Source: a virus
Taxonomy: Duplodnaviria > Caudoviricetes
Strand: one strand, 5' to 3'
Length of the DNA: 34,319 nt
Virus record (IMG/VR): IMGVR_UViG_3300049060_000024
Location: 1 to 34,319 of that record
The notes under the pieces were generated by a model that did not search any database, was not told where the DNA came from, and was given only the letters and a program-made list of their open reading frames with translations. The position numbers and the translations under genes were made by a program. How positions within the stretch are numbered: position 1 is the stretch's first letter; every line of letters starts with the position of its first letter. Shown in pieces: positions 16,327 to 25,084 of the stretch.

Positions 16327-16579
16327 CAGGCTCTTCCTCTTCCATAGGCATGTTTTCTTCCATAGGCATACCTTCGTCTTCATATTCGTCTGGAGGACAT
16401 ACCTCTAGAAGAAGCATAAGGGCCTGATGAATCAGATTCATAGCTTCCATGATCTGGGCCTTGTCTGCACTATATAGGGTTTTAGCTGGTGGTTCCTCAG
16501 CCATTGGTTCCTGTGGGGGTGCTTCAGGTGGCATGGGCTCTTCGACTGGTGGGGGTGTTCCTGGTCCTACTCTAATCAT
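16307..16579 (-). CDS. acidic Pro/Glu-rich hypothetical protein
   Basis: 90-aa ORF overlapping both the holin-like and lysozyme genes. Confidence 0.6.
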   Translation of the reverse strand: MIRVGPGTPPPVEEPMPPEAPPQEPMAEEPPAKTLYSADKAQIMEAMNLIHQALMLLLEVCPPDEYEDEGMPMEENMPMEEEEPVGPPEA

Positions 16580-16778
16580 GATTTAGCTTCCCATTCATAG
16601 CGTTCTCGATACGCTCTAGTCTACGATTTACTTCCTCAAATTTAGATTCGATTAGGGTCCTTAGATCCATCTGCTGTGTTTCGATGATTGTAACCCTGTT
16701 GGAGAGGTTAACGGCCCAGCCTAGAACTCCTAAGAAGGCTGTGCCTGCTACCCCTAGAATTGTTTCCCACATACTCAT
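16572..16778 (-). CDS. holin-like membrane protein (TM + coiled coil)
   Basis: Single N-terminal TM helix, C-terminal coiled coil RLERIE, upstream of the lysozyme. Confidence 0.55.
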   Translation of the reverse strand: MSMWETILGVAGTAFLGVLGWAVNLSNRVTIIETQQMDLRTLIESKFEEVNRRLERIENAMNGKLNHD

Positions 16779-16784
16779 CTCCGG

Positions 16785-19700
16785 CTATCTCTTACTCACT
16801 GGCCTATACTTGCTAGTTCCTCTTCTTACTGGTCCTCGCTCTGGTTTAGGAGGATTCATATACTTACCTATAACCGATGGGAATGATAATTCATTGTCTG
16901 GGTCTAGGAAACCAGGAATCATCTTAACTGGCATTTGCTGCATGACTGTTCGATCTGGACGGTTATCTTCAACAGCATCTCTGGCTAGAGATCCAATCTT
17001 ATTGAAGAAGTCTAGAGTTGGAAGAGGTGTAGACTCATTTAGGGATCGAGTAACAGCTCCAATGACACTCTTATTTTTTCTGGAGGCCTGTCCAGCCATG
17101 AAGGCTGCAGAAGCAATCATTCCATACTGACCAGCAAAGTTGTTGATGAACTTGTTAACCCAACGTGTGTTCTCATCGTCAGTGTTTAGACCGATGATGT
17201 AAGAGAGCGGTGCAACCACACCATTTGAGATGCCCTGCTGAGCAAGCTTTCTACCAAGATTAACCTTAGGAGCCCCACCAACATATCTCTGCCATAGCAT
17301 TCCTAGGAATAGTGGAGCCCTTTCCATGCTTTGTTCAGCTTGGTTAGTAGCAGTTCGGTAGAAGGGAAGGATCATGTTAACCATCCATGATGACTTTCCG
17401 TCCTCGCTCTGAGCGCCTTTCTTGAAGTTAGAGATACCTCTACCTGGAGGTGAGTAAGGGTCTGAGGTTAGAGTGACTCGTCTTGCTTCTTCTGGGCTAA
17501 AGCCCGCTCTCATAAGGATATTACGAGCTGCAACGTCACCTGCAGTCATAGCCTCACCAGGTTGAGAGGTCATCCAGCGGAACCACTCAGGACCAGCCTT
17601 TCCAAGCTGTCCTTCCGTTCGCTCAGAAGCGTTTCTGATAAGTCGGTGGCCCTCTGCTCGGGCGTGCCACCACTCCCCTGCTAGGTTCTTAGGGTTAACA
17701 AGCATCTTTAGAGCATGCCATCCTCGAGTGTCTCCAGATAGGAGGTGTTCCATGCTAGCCATGATGGCAGAGCCGTATGGACCTACCCAGATGTTGATTG
17801 GAAGGTTACGAACGTCAGCTAGGAGGTTGAACCTCTGATAGTCAGGGAGCATTCGGAAAAAGGTCTTTGCAGAGTCTTCAATCTTGTAGGCTACCTCTTT
17901 CATGGTTTCAGTTCCCATGTTAGGGTTAGTAGCAACCCTGTTGATCAGGGCACGAGCGACTGAAGGAGTCATAGCTCCACCTGCAGCACCAATGATAGCG
18001 CCTGTGAGTGGGTCATCAGGCATAGCTACAGCACCCGCTAGGGCACCTGCTGAACCTAGTCCAACTCGTGTGAGAACTTCAAATGCAGCCGCACCTTTTT
18101 GATCCTTAGCTTGGCGCTGGAACTTCTTGACGATTTCACTTAGAGCTTTAGACTGCTGCTGAGGAGTCATCTTCTTGAGAGACTCAGAGGTAAGATCTAC
18201 GGTGTTCACAGCTTCCTGTGTGCCTAGTCCTCTAAAGAGCCTAGTCATACCAGGACTTGGAGCTGGTAGCTTCTTTAGGTCATCCGGAGACACCACTTGC
18301 ATACCCTTCTTAGAAGCTTCATCTAAAAGGTACTGGTTAGAACCGGCAGTTAGAGGTTTACGCGCTGAAGCCTGAGCAACATCAGAAGGCACGTCTACAT
18401 AGGCGACATGACCACGCTGTCCTTTTGAGAAGGACTGAGCCATGGTTGGTTTGTCTGTAAACCATCGACCAGCACGCTCTAGATCTTCTGGTGTTGGATT
18501 CTCCCTGGCTGCCTTACGAACAGCTGAAAGTTCAGCACCCTGCATTCTAGCTGGAGTGAATGGACGACCACGCTCATCAACTCGGTAGTGTGGAGAGGCA
18601 GGAATTTCCCCTGCAGCCTCAGCCGCCTTGGTAGCCTTGTACCCAAATGGGTTGAGATCACCCAGTGCATCAGCCCTGTTCCTGAAGAAGTTGGCTGAAG
18701 CTGGAGATGGACCAGAAGCGTTCGCCTTCTTAGCTAGGTCCTGCATGATAGAGGTGGCTTCGTCTGGTGGAAGGGTTCCATGACCAGATGGGTTTATCTT
18801 TACCTTATCCCAATCCGGACCACGAGTAGCGGTTAGGAGAGCGTCTAATTCGTCTCCTGCCTGATCTGATTCAGCAAACTTAGCTGTCTTAGTTGAAGAT
18901 GGAGCTGGTTGACCCTTTTTTATGTGGAGGGCTTTCCATTCAGCAAGTTCCTCAGCAGTCCTCTTTGTGCCCACATATGGAGCAAGCTCCATGTAACGGC
19001 TGAACTCTTCCTTAGAAAGTCCTCCCATGTAAGAAGTGTCAACAGGGATAGGCTGGTTACCGTTTGAGCGTGGAGCATCAAATTTCTCTGGCTTGGGTGT
19101 GGGCTTTGGGGCCTCCACTTCAGCTCTTGCAGCCTGTCTCTCAGCTTCGATGTCATCAAATAGGACAGTATACTTCCTAGGACCATATTGATGGACACGT
19201 CCACCTAGACGGCGAGCAGCTGCTTCCGCTTCGGCTTTAGTCATCTTACCGCCGTGGAGTCCGACCTTCTCTAGTCGTTCTGCTGCGCTTGATGCCTTAG
19301 GTCCAGTCTTAACAGCTGGGATTGATCCCCTACCTGATGGTGGGGCAGACGAACCTCCTCCTCCGCCTCCCTTAGGACCCTTCTTAGTCTTAGGAGCGAC
19401 AGGAGTAGTACCGCCTCCTCCTGACGGTGGTTCGTCAGGTGGTTTAGTAGTCTTCTTTAAAACATCGTCTACCTTGTTTTGGAACTTCTGTGCTGCTGGT
19501 CCAAGAGGTGGCTTAGTGGTAGATGGTTCCTTAGGAAACTTTACGACGTAACCAGCTTTACCAGGTAGCTTTTCAATATCAATTCCTGCTGCAAGTCCAC
19601 CATATGCCTCAGCATCCCTAAGTGCTTCTCTCTTGTTAGTATAGGTATTTGAACGAACGTACTGTTCAGATGGAATTTTGTCCATGGAGTAGGTTGGCTT

Positions 19701-21077
19701 AGGGCCAGATGGACCTCCACCAATACCATCTCCACCATCTTTGTCTACTGGTGGGGGCGGTCGACGCCATACGGTCTTGGAAGACTCTGTTCCTTCGGGA
19801 GTCTTAATCTTAGATGACTCGATGACAACTGGGTCACCGGGCTTCAATCCCTCTTTGTCAGCTGCGATCTTCTCAGCAGCGGCCCGTTCGTCGGCAAGGC
19901 GCTGAGTTTCCTTAGCAGCCTTCTCGACCCTCTTAGCTTCGTCAATGTCTGCCTGACCACGAGCCTTAGTTAGGCCCTGTTTGAACTTCTCTTGAGCGTT
20001 TAGGGACCTAGCTGTTTCAACATTGTCCTTATCAACAATAGTCTTGAGTTCAGTTCCACCCTCAGTTGTACGAGCATGTTGTAGGTCTGCAGACTCCTCG
20101 GCCTTGAACCTCTTGTTCTCAGCCTTACGGACTGTCTCATTGAGCTTACGCTCAGCTGCGGCAATCTGGTCTGCGTCGAATCCTGCCTTGTTGAAATCCT
20201 TAAGTGGGTCGTCGTGAGAGATGAGAGAGTCAGCAACCTTACGCTGAGCTTCTTTAACTACTGGTGGAGTTGGAGCGTAACCCTCAACTGAGGCAGCACC
20301 TGGAAGTGCAGGGTCAGCAACAACTTGGGCGGGTGGTGGGGTTGGAGGAATAGAAACTCCTCCCCTCTTAACGACTCGAGGAGCATCGGCTGGGAGGTTA
20401 ACTGGTCCCTTGTCGGTGTAGACTACCTGTGGACGCTGTGGTCCATGTTGCATAGTAGCCTGTTCCATAACATCAGTGAGAGGGTCAACCTTGACAGTTG
20501 GAGAAGGTCCACCCCTAATTGGGGTGATGGCTCCACCGGCTGCACCTAGAGCTAGAGATAGAGCGTCCCACGCACCCTCACCGAGAGTCTGTGGGAGATA
20601 ATTACCGCTACTATTCCACCTACGTAGGACGTTGCCGATCTCTGCTAGACCTGCTCCACGAGCGGCGTTGACGAGCCTACGGCTGCCTGAGAACACCTTA
20701 CCAAATGGGATAGCAGATAGACCTGCTTCTAGGCCCACGGTGCTCTTATCGATGGGGGTGCCTGATGGAGATTCTAGTTTCTGAGCTAGAGCTTCGCCCG
20801 CTCCTCCAATGGCAGCTGCTGCTGGGGTAGTAATGGGTGAGGGAAGGGCTCCAACGATGCCACTTAGGATGCCTGAACCAACCCTAGTGCCGACACCCGC
20901 AGCTCTCCAAGGCCAAGAAACTTTCTCTTGTGGAGGAGTGTCTGGAACAGCTCCATACTCTTTCTGGATGAGAGCGGTGAGCCCGTCAGGCTTCGGACCT
21001 TGAGCTAGCTTAGCAGCAGCTTCCTGCTTAAGCTTCTCTTCCTCTATTTTTGTGACTGGACGATATTTTGAAGGCAT
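16785..21077 (-). CDS. large internal virion / DNA ejection protein
   Basis: 1430 aa, Ala/Gly/Lys-rich, with glycine-zipper hydrophobic segments; last and largest of the run of genes after the nozzle gene. Confidence 0.65.
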   Translation of the reverse strand: MPSKYRPVTKIEEEKLKQEAAAKLAQGPKPDGLTALIQKEYGAVPDTPPQEKVSWPWRAAGVGTRVGSGILSGIVGALPSPITTPAAAAIGGAGEALAQKLESPSGTPIDKSTVGLEAGLSAIPFGKVFSGSRRLVNAARGAGLAEIGNVLRRWNSSGNYLPQTLGEGAWDALSLALGAAGGAITPIRGGPSPTVKVDPLTDVMEQATMQHGPQRPQVVYTDKGPVNLPADAPRVVKRGGVSIPPTPPPAQVVADPALPGAASVEGYAPTPPVVKEAQRKVADSLISHDDPLKDFNKAGFDADQIAAAERKLNETVRKAENKRFKAEESADLQHARTTEGGTELKTIVDKDNVETARSLNAQEKFKQGLTKARGQADIDEAKRVEKAAKETQRLADERAAAEKIAADKEGLKPGDPVVIESSKIKTPEGTESSKTVWRRPPPPVDKDGGDGIGGGPSGPKPTYSMDKIPSEQYVRSNTYTNKREALRDAEAYGGLAAGIDIEKLPGKAGYVVKFPKEPSTTKPPLGPAAQKFQNKVDDVLKKTTKPPDEPPSGGGGTTPVAPKTKKGPKGGGGGGSSAPPSGRGSIPAVKTGPKASSAAERLEKVGLHGGKMTKAEAEAAARRLGGRVHQYGPRKYTVLFDDIEAERQAARAEVEAPKPTPKPEKFDAPRSNGNQPIPVDTSYMGGLSKEEFSRYMELAPYVGTKRTAEELAEWKALHIKKGQPAPSSTKTAKFAESDQAGDELDALLTATRGPDWDKVKINPSGHGTLPPDEATSIMQDLAKKANASGPSPASANFFRNRADALGDLNPFGYKATKAAEAAGEIPASPHYRVDERGRPFTPARMQGAELSAVRKAARENPTPEDLERAGRWFTDKPTMAQSFSKGQRGHVAYVDVPSDVAQASARKPLTAGSNQYLLDEASKKGMQVVSPDDLKKLPAPSPGMTRLFRGLGTQEAVNTVDLTSESLKKMTPQQQSKALSEIVKKFQRQAKDQKGAAAFEVLTRVGLGSAGALAGAVAMPDDPLTGAIIGAAGGAMTPSVARALINRVATNPNMGTETMKEVAYKIEDSAKTFFRMLPDYQRFNLLADVRNLPINIWVGPYGSAIMASMEHLLSGDTRGWHALKMLVNPKNLAGEWWHARAEGHRLIRNASERTEGQLGKAGPEWFRWMTSQPGEAMTAGDVAARNILMRAGFSPEEARRVTLTSDPYSPPGRGISNFKKGAQSEDGKSSWMVNMILPFYRTATNQAEQSMERAPLFLGMLWQRYVGGAPKVNLGRKLAQQGISNGVVAPLSYIIGLNTDDENTRWVNKFINNFAGQYGMIASAAFMAGQASRKNKSVIGAVTRSLNESTPLPTLDFFNKIGSLARDAVEDNRPDRTVMQQMPVKMIPGFLDPDNELSFPSVIGKYMNPPKPERGPVRRGTSKYRPVSKR

Positions 21078-22303
21078 TAGTAAATATTCGCTAGAAGGTC
21101 TTTGAACTGTTCAAACTCTTCTGAAGTAAAGCCTGTAGGAGTGTCTACGTCGTTGGCGTAGTTAGCAATGATCTCACTCATGGTTGGAACGCTTGGTGCA
21201 GCCTCACGCTTTAACCATGACATCCAACTTTGTGGAGTTACATTAAGGGTCTTATCGATGACGTCTCTAACTGTCTCTGCCACGTCTGGTGTGATTAGAC
21301 CACGCTGTAGCTGGTCTGAGATTAGGCTCTGCTGAGCCTGTAGAAGGGCTTCGTTGGCACCCCTTGCTCCAGAAGCTGCCTTCTGCCGAGCATCAACAAT
21401 CTTATTTCTAATTCCAGCTGGTACTACGACCGTAGAATTACCCCCACCAGATCTAGGCGGCTTGTCACCAATCCTTAGACCATTAGGAATATCAATAACC
21501 TTTAGACCACCATTAGTCATGACGTATGCCTTTGTAGGATCTGGTTTACCGTCTAGGCCTATGACTGGTCGGTCGATGAACTGTGGCCGATCCCTAGGCT
21601 CACGAGGCTCTCTTGGCAGGACAGTTACATCATCTTGGTCAGTTAGTTCGTAGCCTTCTGGTGTCTTGGCACGGGTGGCCTTCCCAGTTGTTGGGTCGAT
21701 AATGAATCTACCCTTAGGCTGCTTCTGTTGTTTAGTGATGGCATTGTATGTGCCACTGTCTAGGTTGATACCGTTAGCCTCGGCTTCCATGAGGATACCG
21801 ACCTGCTCTGGGACGCTTACAGCGTTCTGCAGCTGTCTACGATAGTTCTCCCCTAGCTTGGCCTTACGAGCAACTTCTCTATCCTGTCTTGTGCCCTTAA
21901 AGTATTCCTGATGGTCAGCTGGATCCGGACCCATGATACCACCTGCAGAGGCTGGGATGCCTCCGGGCAGACCAATACCACCAGTCTCTGGACGACCGCT
22001 AGTGACCCCATACTGCTTAGCGAGGTTCCTAATGTCATCAGGCTGGGTAGAGAGGTCTTCTCCAGGCTCCCATGAACTAGATGCAACAGCAAGGCGCTCT
22101 CGTTCTTCCCTAGCCTTGGCTTGGGCTGCAAGTTGCTTAGACTGCTCGATGTTCTGGAGAGTGGCTTGGCGGCCTACCTCAGCATTCTGCTTGGTAATCT
22201 CGTCCAGCATCTTCTGGCGAGCCTCTTCCCTCCTAGCAGTAAGAGTATCTACTAGGGAGTCACCGGCTGCAGCAAACGGACTTATAAATTGATAGCGTCC
22301 CAT
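21077..22303 (-). CDS. putative internal virion (ejection) protein
   Basis: 408 aa with N-terminal coiled coil; synteny. Confidence 0.55.
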   Translation of the reverse strand: MGRYQFISPFAAAGDSLVDTLTARREEARQKMLDEITKQNAEVGRQATLQNIEQSKQLAAQAKAREERERLAVASSSWEPGEDLSTQPDDIRNLAKQYGVTSGRPETGGIGLPGGIPASAGGIMGPDPADHQEYFKGTRQDREVARKAKLGENYRRQLQNAVSVPEQVGILMEAEANGINLDSGTYNAITKQQKQPKGRFIIDPTTGKATRAKTPEGYELTDQDDVTVLPREPREPRDRPQFIDRPVIGLDGKPDPTKAYVMTNGGLKVIDIPNGLRIGDKPPRSGGGNSTVVVPAGIRNKIVDARQKAASGARGANEALLQAQQSLISDQLQRGLITPDVAETVRDVIDKTLNVTPQSWMSWLKREAAPSVPTMSEIIANYANDVDTPTGFTSEEFEQFKDLLANIY

Positions 22304-22321
22304 TTTAACTAATCACCATTC

Positions 22322-22891
22322 TTAGTACTGACGAGGGTCTTCCTTACCAAATGCACCACCTACTAGTGGTAGCACAGCTGAACCAACTCCTGCAAGCTTT
22401 TCCCAGAATCCTGGGTTGAGAGTCTTCTGGAACTGCTTGTCTTTAGTTAGGTCTCTATAGGCTGGCATTCCAGACATACTATCCCTAGAGTTGAGGTCAT
22501 CTGCACCCAGCCTCATCCTACCCTGCTGGTTAAGCATCCTGCCAGCATCTAGTCCTAGAGCGTCCATTGGACGGTAGGAACCAGGAATACCTGCTGGTCT
22601 AGCTAGCGGTTTCCAGCTAGTAGCATGAGCACCCGTCATAGCAGCCCGGTAGGCCTGCTGTTGTGCGTCTCTCTTCTCACGTTCCCTTGCTAGAAGCTGA
22701 GCTTCTAGATCTCTGTTCTGGTCCATCATCAGTTCAGCCTTAGTGCCTCTATTTGAGGCGGCTGCTTGAGAACCAGATCCTAGAGCCTTAGATGCAGCAT
22801 CAATTGCTGGGATAGCAGCTAGACTAGCACCACCTGTAAAGGGCGCTGCTACCCCTGCTCCAATCTTTCCTAGTGTTGACCAGAATCCCAT
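22322..22891 (-). CDS. putative ejection / DNA pilot protein
   Basis: MGFWSTLGKIGAGVAAPFTGGASLAAIP glycine-rich amphipathic N-terminus; SD AAGGA before ATG 22891. Confidence 0.65.
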   Translation of the reverse strand: MGFWSTLGKIGAGVAAPFTGGASLAAIPAIDAASKALGSGSQAAASNRGTKAELMMDQNRDLEAQLLAREREKRDAQQQAYRAAMTGAHATSWKPLARPAGIPGSYRPMDALGLDAGRMLNQQGRMRLGADDLNSRDSMSGMPAYRDLTKDKQFQKTLNPGFWEKLAGVGSAVLPLVGGAFGKEDPRQY

Positions 22892-22905
22892 TATTTTATC
22901 CTTCC

Positions 22906-23853
22906 TTAGAACTGCATGTTGTTTGGATTGCGTGGATCCATACGCCAATCAAGTTCACTGTAGTCTAGTCCAAGCCTGTCGCGGCCTAGGCCAACCTGAG
23001 CATTATTCTGACGTTCATTTGAGTCGATACCGTAACGCTGTGTTGCGTCGTTGAGATAACCAAGCTCCTTCTGAAGGGCTAGACGCTGATCTTCGGAAAG
23101 TCTGTTACCTAGAGAATCTAGGGCGTGAGTAATTTCATCTCTTCTGTTCTGTAACTCTCTACCCATTAGTTGCGATTCGAACAGGCCCGTTGCCTGTCCA
23201 GCACGCTCCATAGCCACCCTCTGCTCACCACGAAGATTAGCACCAGGACCGAGAGACTCAGCAGCATCAGCAAGATAATTCCTCCGAGCACGCTCCTGAG
23301 CAGCCGCATAGGGATCGACTTGCTGACGAATGTTAGGATCGTTTCTATCAATGGCAGTCCCCTGTTTAGCTCTGGCTAGAAGCATGTTATACAGTTCTGC
23401 TGATACACCTGGTGGAGGAGGAGGGTTCGTTGGGAGTCCTGAAGTAGGAGGGAACCCGGTATATCCACTTCCGCCGATTGGCTGACCGTTAGGATTTGGA
23501 CCATTACCGCCTGCTGGGGTCCAAGTACTAGTCACATTCTGACCAGACTTGAAGTTCCCCAAGAGATCAATGAGTCCACCACCATTGATGAGTTCACCTG
23601 TGTCTCCGCCCTGATAGTTTCTTAGGGCTCCAAACTCATTGTTCCACTGGTTGACTCCTGCTTCGTCTCTGGAATATCTACCACTCATCCAAGCGTCCCG
23701 TGCCTGTTCATAGTTGAACGGGTTGGATTGCTGCTGGGTAGGTGGAGGGGCTGTAGTCGTAGTTGGACTAGTAGCCATAGGGTTCTGTTGCTGTTGATAG
23801 GTTTCTACAGCTCTTTGCTTGTAGTCCTCAAAGTTATCAAATGGATTTGCCAT
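22906..23853 (-). CDS. putative internal virion protein
   Basis: 315 aa, Gln/Asn/Pro-rich with helical C-terminus; synteny. Confidence 0.55.
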   Translation of the reverse strand: MANPFDNFEDYKQRAVETYQQQQNPMATSPTTTTAPPPTQQQSNPFNYEQARDAWMSGRYSRDEAGVNQWNNEFGALRNYQGGDTGELINGGGLIDLLGNFKSGQNVTSTWTPAGGNGPNPNGQPIGGSGYTGFPPTSGLPTNPPPPPGVSAELYNMLLARAKQGTAIDRNDPNIRQQVDPYAAAQERARRNYLADAAESLGPGANLRGEQRVAMERAGQATGLFESQLMGRELQNRRDEITHALDSLGNRLSEDQRLALQKELGYLNDATQRYGIDSNERQNNAQVGLGRDRLGLDYSELDWRMDPRNPNNMQF

Positions 23854-24302
23854 TACTTGTCGTTTCCTTTTAACTGTAAGTCGTTAACAGCTCGGCGGTA
23901 AGAACCCGGTTCGTTTGAGAAGTTGTGTCCTGCTAAAGCTGTTTGATAACCGCCTAAAAGTCCTGCTGCTGTGTCTGCTACCTTAGGGAATTTACTCTTC
24001 AGGAAACCATGGAGGGCGTTATAACCAAGTCCTGCTGCTGCAGCTGTTGGAGCCACTGTCCAAGGCTTCTTATTGAAGTATTGGAATGCTGGGTTGCCCT
24101 CTTTCCTATTCGTGTTTTTTAGGAACCAATAGGTTGAAGCTACGTCTCCAAGGCCTCCTAAAAGCATAGCTACCTTAGGGTTAATAGGCTTTACCTCTGG
24201 AGGAGCCTGTTGTTCTTCAGGGCGGATGGCATAAACTTGAGCCATCTTATCCTTTTGAAGTTCCCTCTGAACGAGTTGGTTAATCAGCTCTGGGTCGAAC
24301 AT
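23853..24302 (-). CDS. hypothetical protein with hydrophobic segments
   Basis: 149 aa; D.ASTY...EGNP motif; TAATG coupling. Confidence 0.65.
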   Translation of the reverse strand: MFDPELINQLVQRELQKDKMAQVYAIRPEEQQAPPEVKPINPKVAMLLGGLGDVASTYWFLKNTNRKEGNPAFQYFNKKPWTVAPTAAAAGLGYNALHGFLKSKFPKVADTAAGLLGGYQTALAGHNFSNEPGSYRRAVNDLQLKGNDK

Positions 24303-25084
24303 TAGGCGACCCCCGTGAAGATGATGTAGTTTAGGGTGAGGAAAGGTGGATTAGCTGTTCCTGTTGCTGCCATTGTTAGTGAACCTGCACCATGAGTATG
24401 GGCTCCATTGGAATCAGAACCCAGAGAACCCGCTCCGTGAGAGTGGGAAGAGCCTGCGTCGGAGGTTTGTGTTGACGCACTGGTGAAGTGAGCGTGGCCA
24501 CCTACTGTAAAGTTCAGTGTGCTTCCACCTGCTTGATAGTTAATGTCGGCTCCCGCTGTAGTTGCTGTTGCTGCTGAAGTTAGAGCACTGAGTCCGTGGG
24601 TATGACTAGACTCACTACCTGTTGTTCCACTCACTGAGTGGGTATGGGCACCATCACTTGATGTAGAGCCTGTGATTGAACCACTAGTATGAGTGTGGTC
24701 AATAGTTCCACCAGTTCCGGCGAGAGATGAGCCTGTTCCTGACGTAGCTTTTCCTAGAGGAAATCGCTGCTGTAGATCTGGAACATTAAAGGTAGTTGTT
24801 CCGTTACCTGCTCCATAGGTAGTCGAGATGAGGTTAAACAGACCTTGATAAGTTGATCTAGAGATCTGCTGACCACGACATAGAACCCACCCGGTTGGGG
24901 CGGTGTCTGTAGGCCAAGCTTGAATTGCTCCAACTGGAACGAAGTTTAGAACCCTATCCTGAGTGATGTGGGTGCCATCTTCGTTGTGTTCCTTGAGGAA
25001 AATTTCTCTGAGTCTCGCTAGGAGGTTTTCGAACTCCTGCTGAGTGGTGTCAGGGAGATTTCCTCTGTTAATCAATCCAATCAT
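24302..25084 (-). CDS. tail collar domain / short tail fibre protein
   Basis: VPVGAIQAW..APTGWVLCRGQ..SRSTY..LF..TTFNVPDL..RFPLG; HTH repeats; PPFLTLNYII end. Confidence 0.9.
   Translation of the reverse strand: MIGLINRGNLPDTTQQEFENLLARLREIFLKEHNEDGTHITQDRVLNFVPVGAIQAWPTDTAPTGWVLCRGQQISRSTYQGLFNLISTTYGAGNGTTTFNVPDLQQRFPLGKATSGTGSSLAGTGGTIDHTHTSGSITGSTSSDGAHTHSVSGTTGSESSHTHGLSALTSAATATTAGADINYQAGGSTLNFTVGGHAHFTSASTQTSDAGSSHSHGAGSLGSDSNGAHTHGAGSLTMAATGTANPPFLTLNYIIFTGVA

Noticed and set aside
16327-16383. CLWK-repeat N-terminal extension of the lysozyme
   Set aside because: It is an out-of-frame reading of the MPMEE repeat in the overlapping acidic ORF; TTG 16326 fits the T4-type N-terminus.
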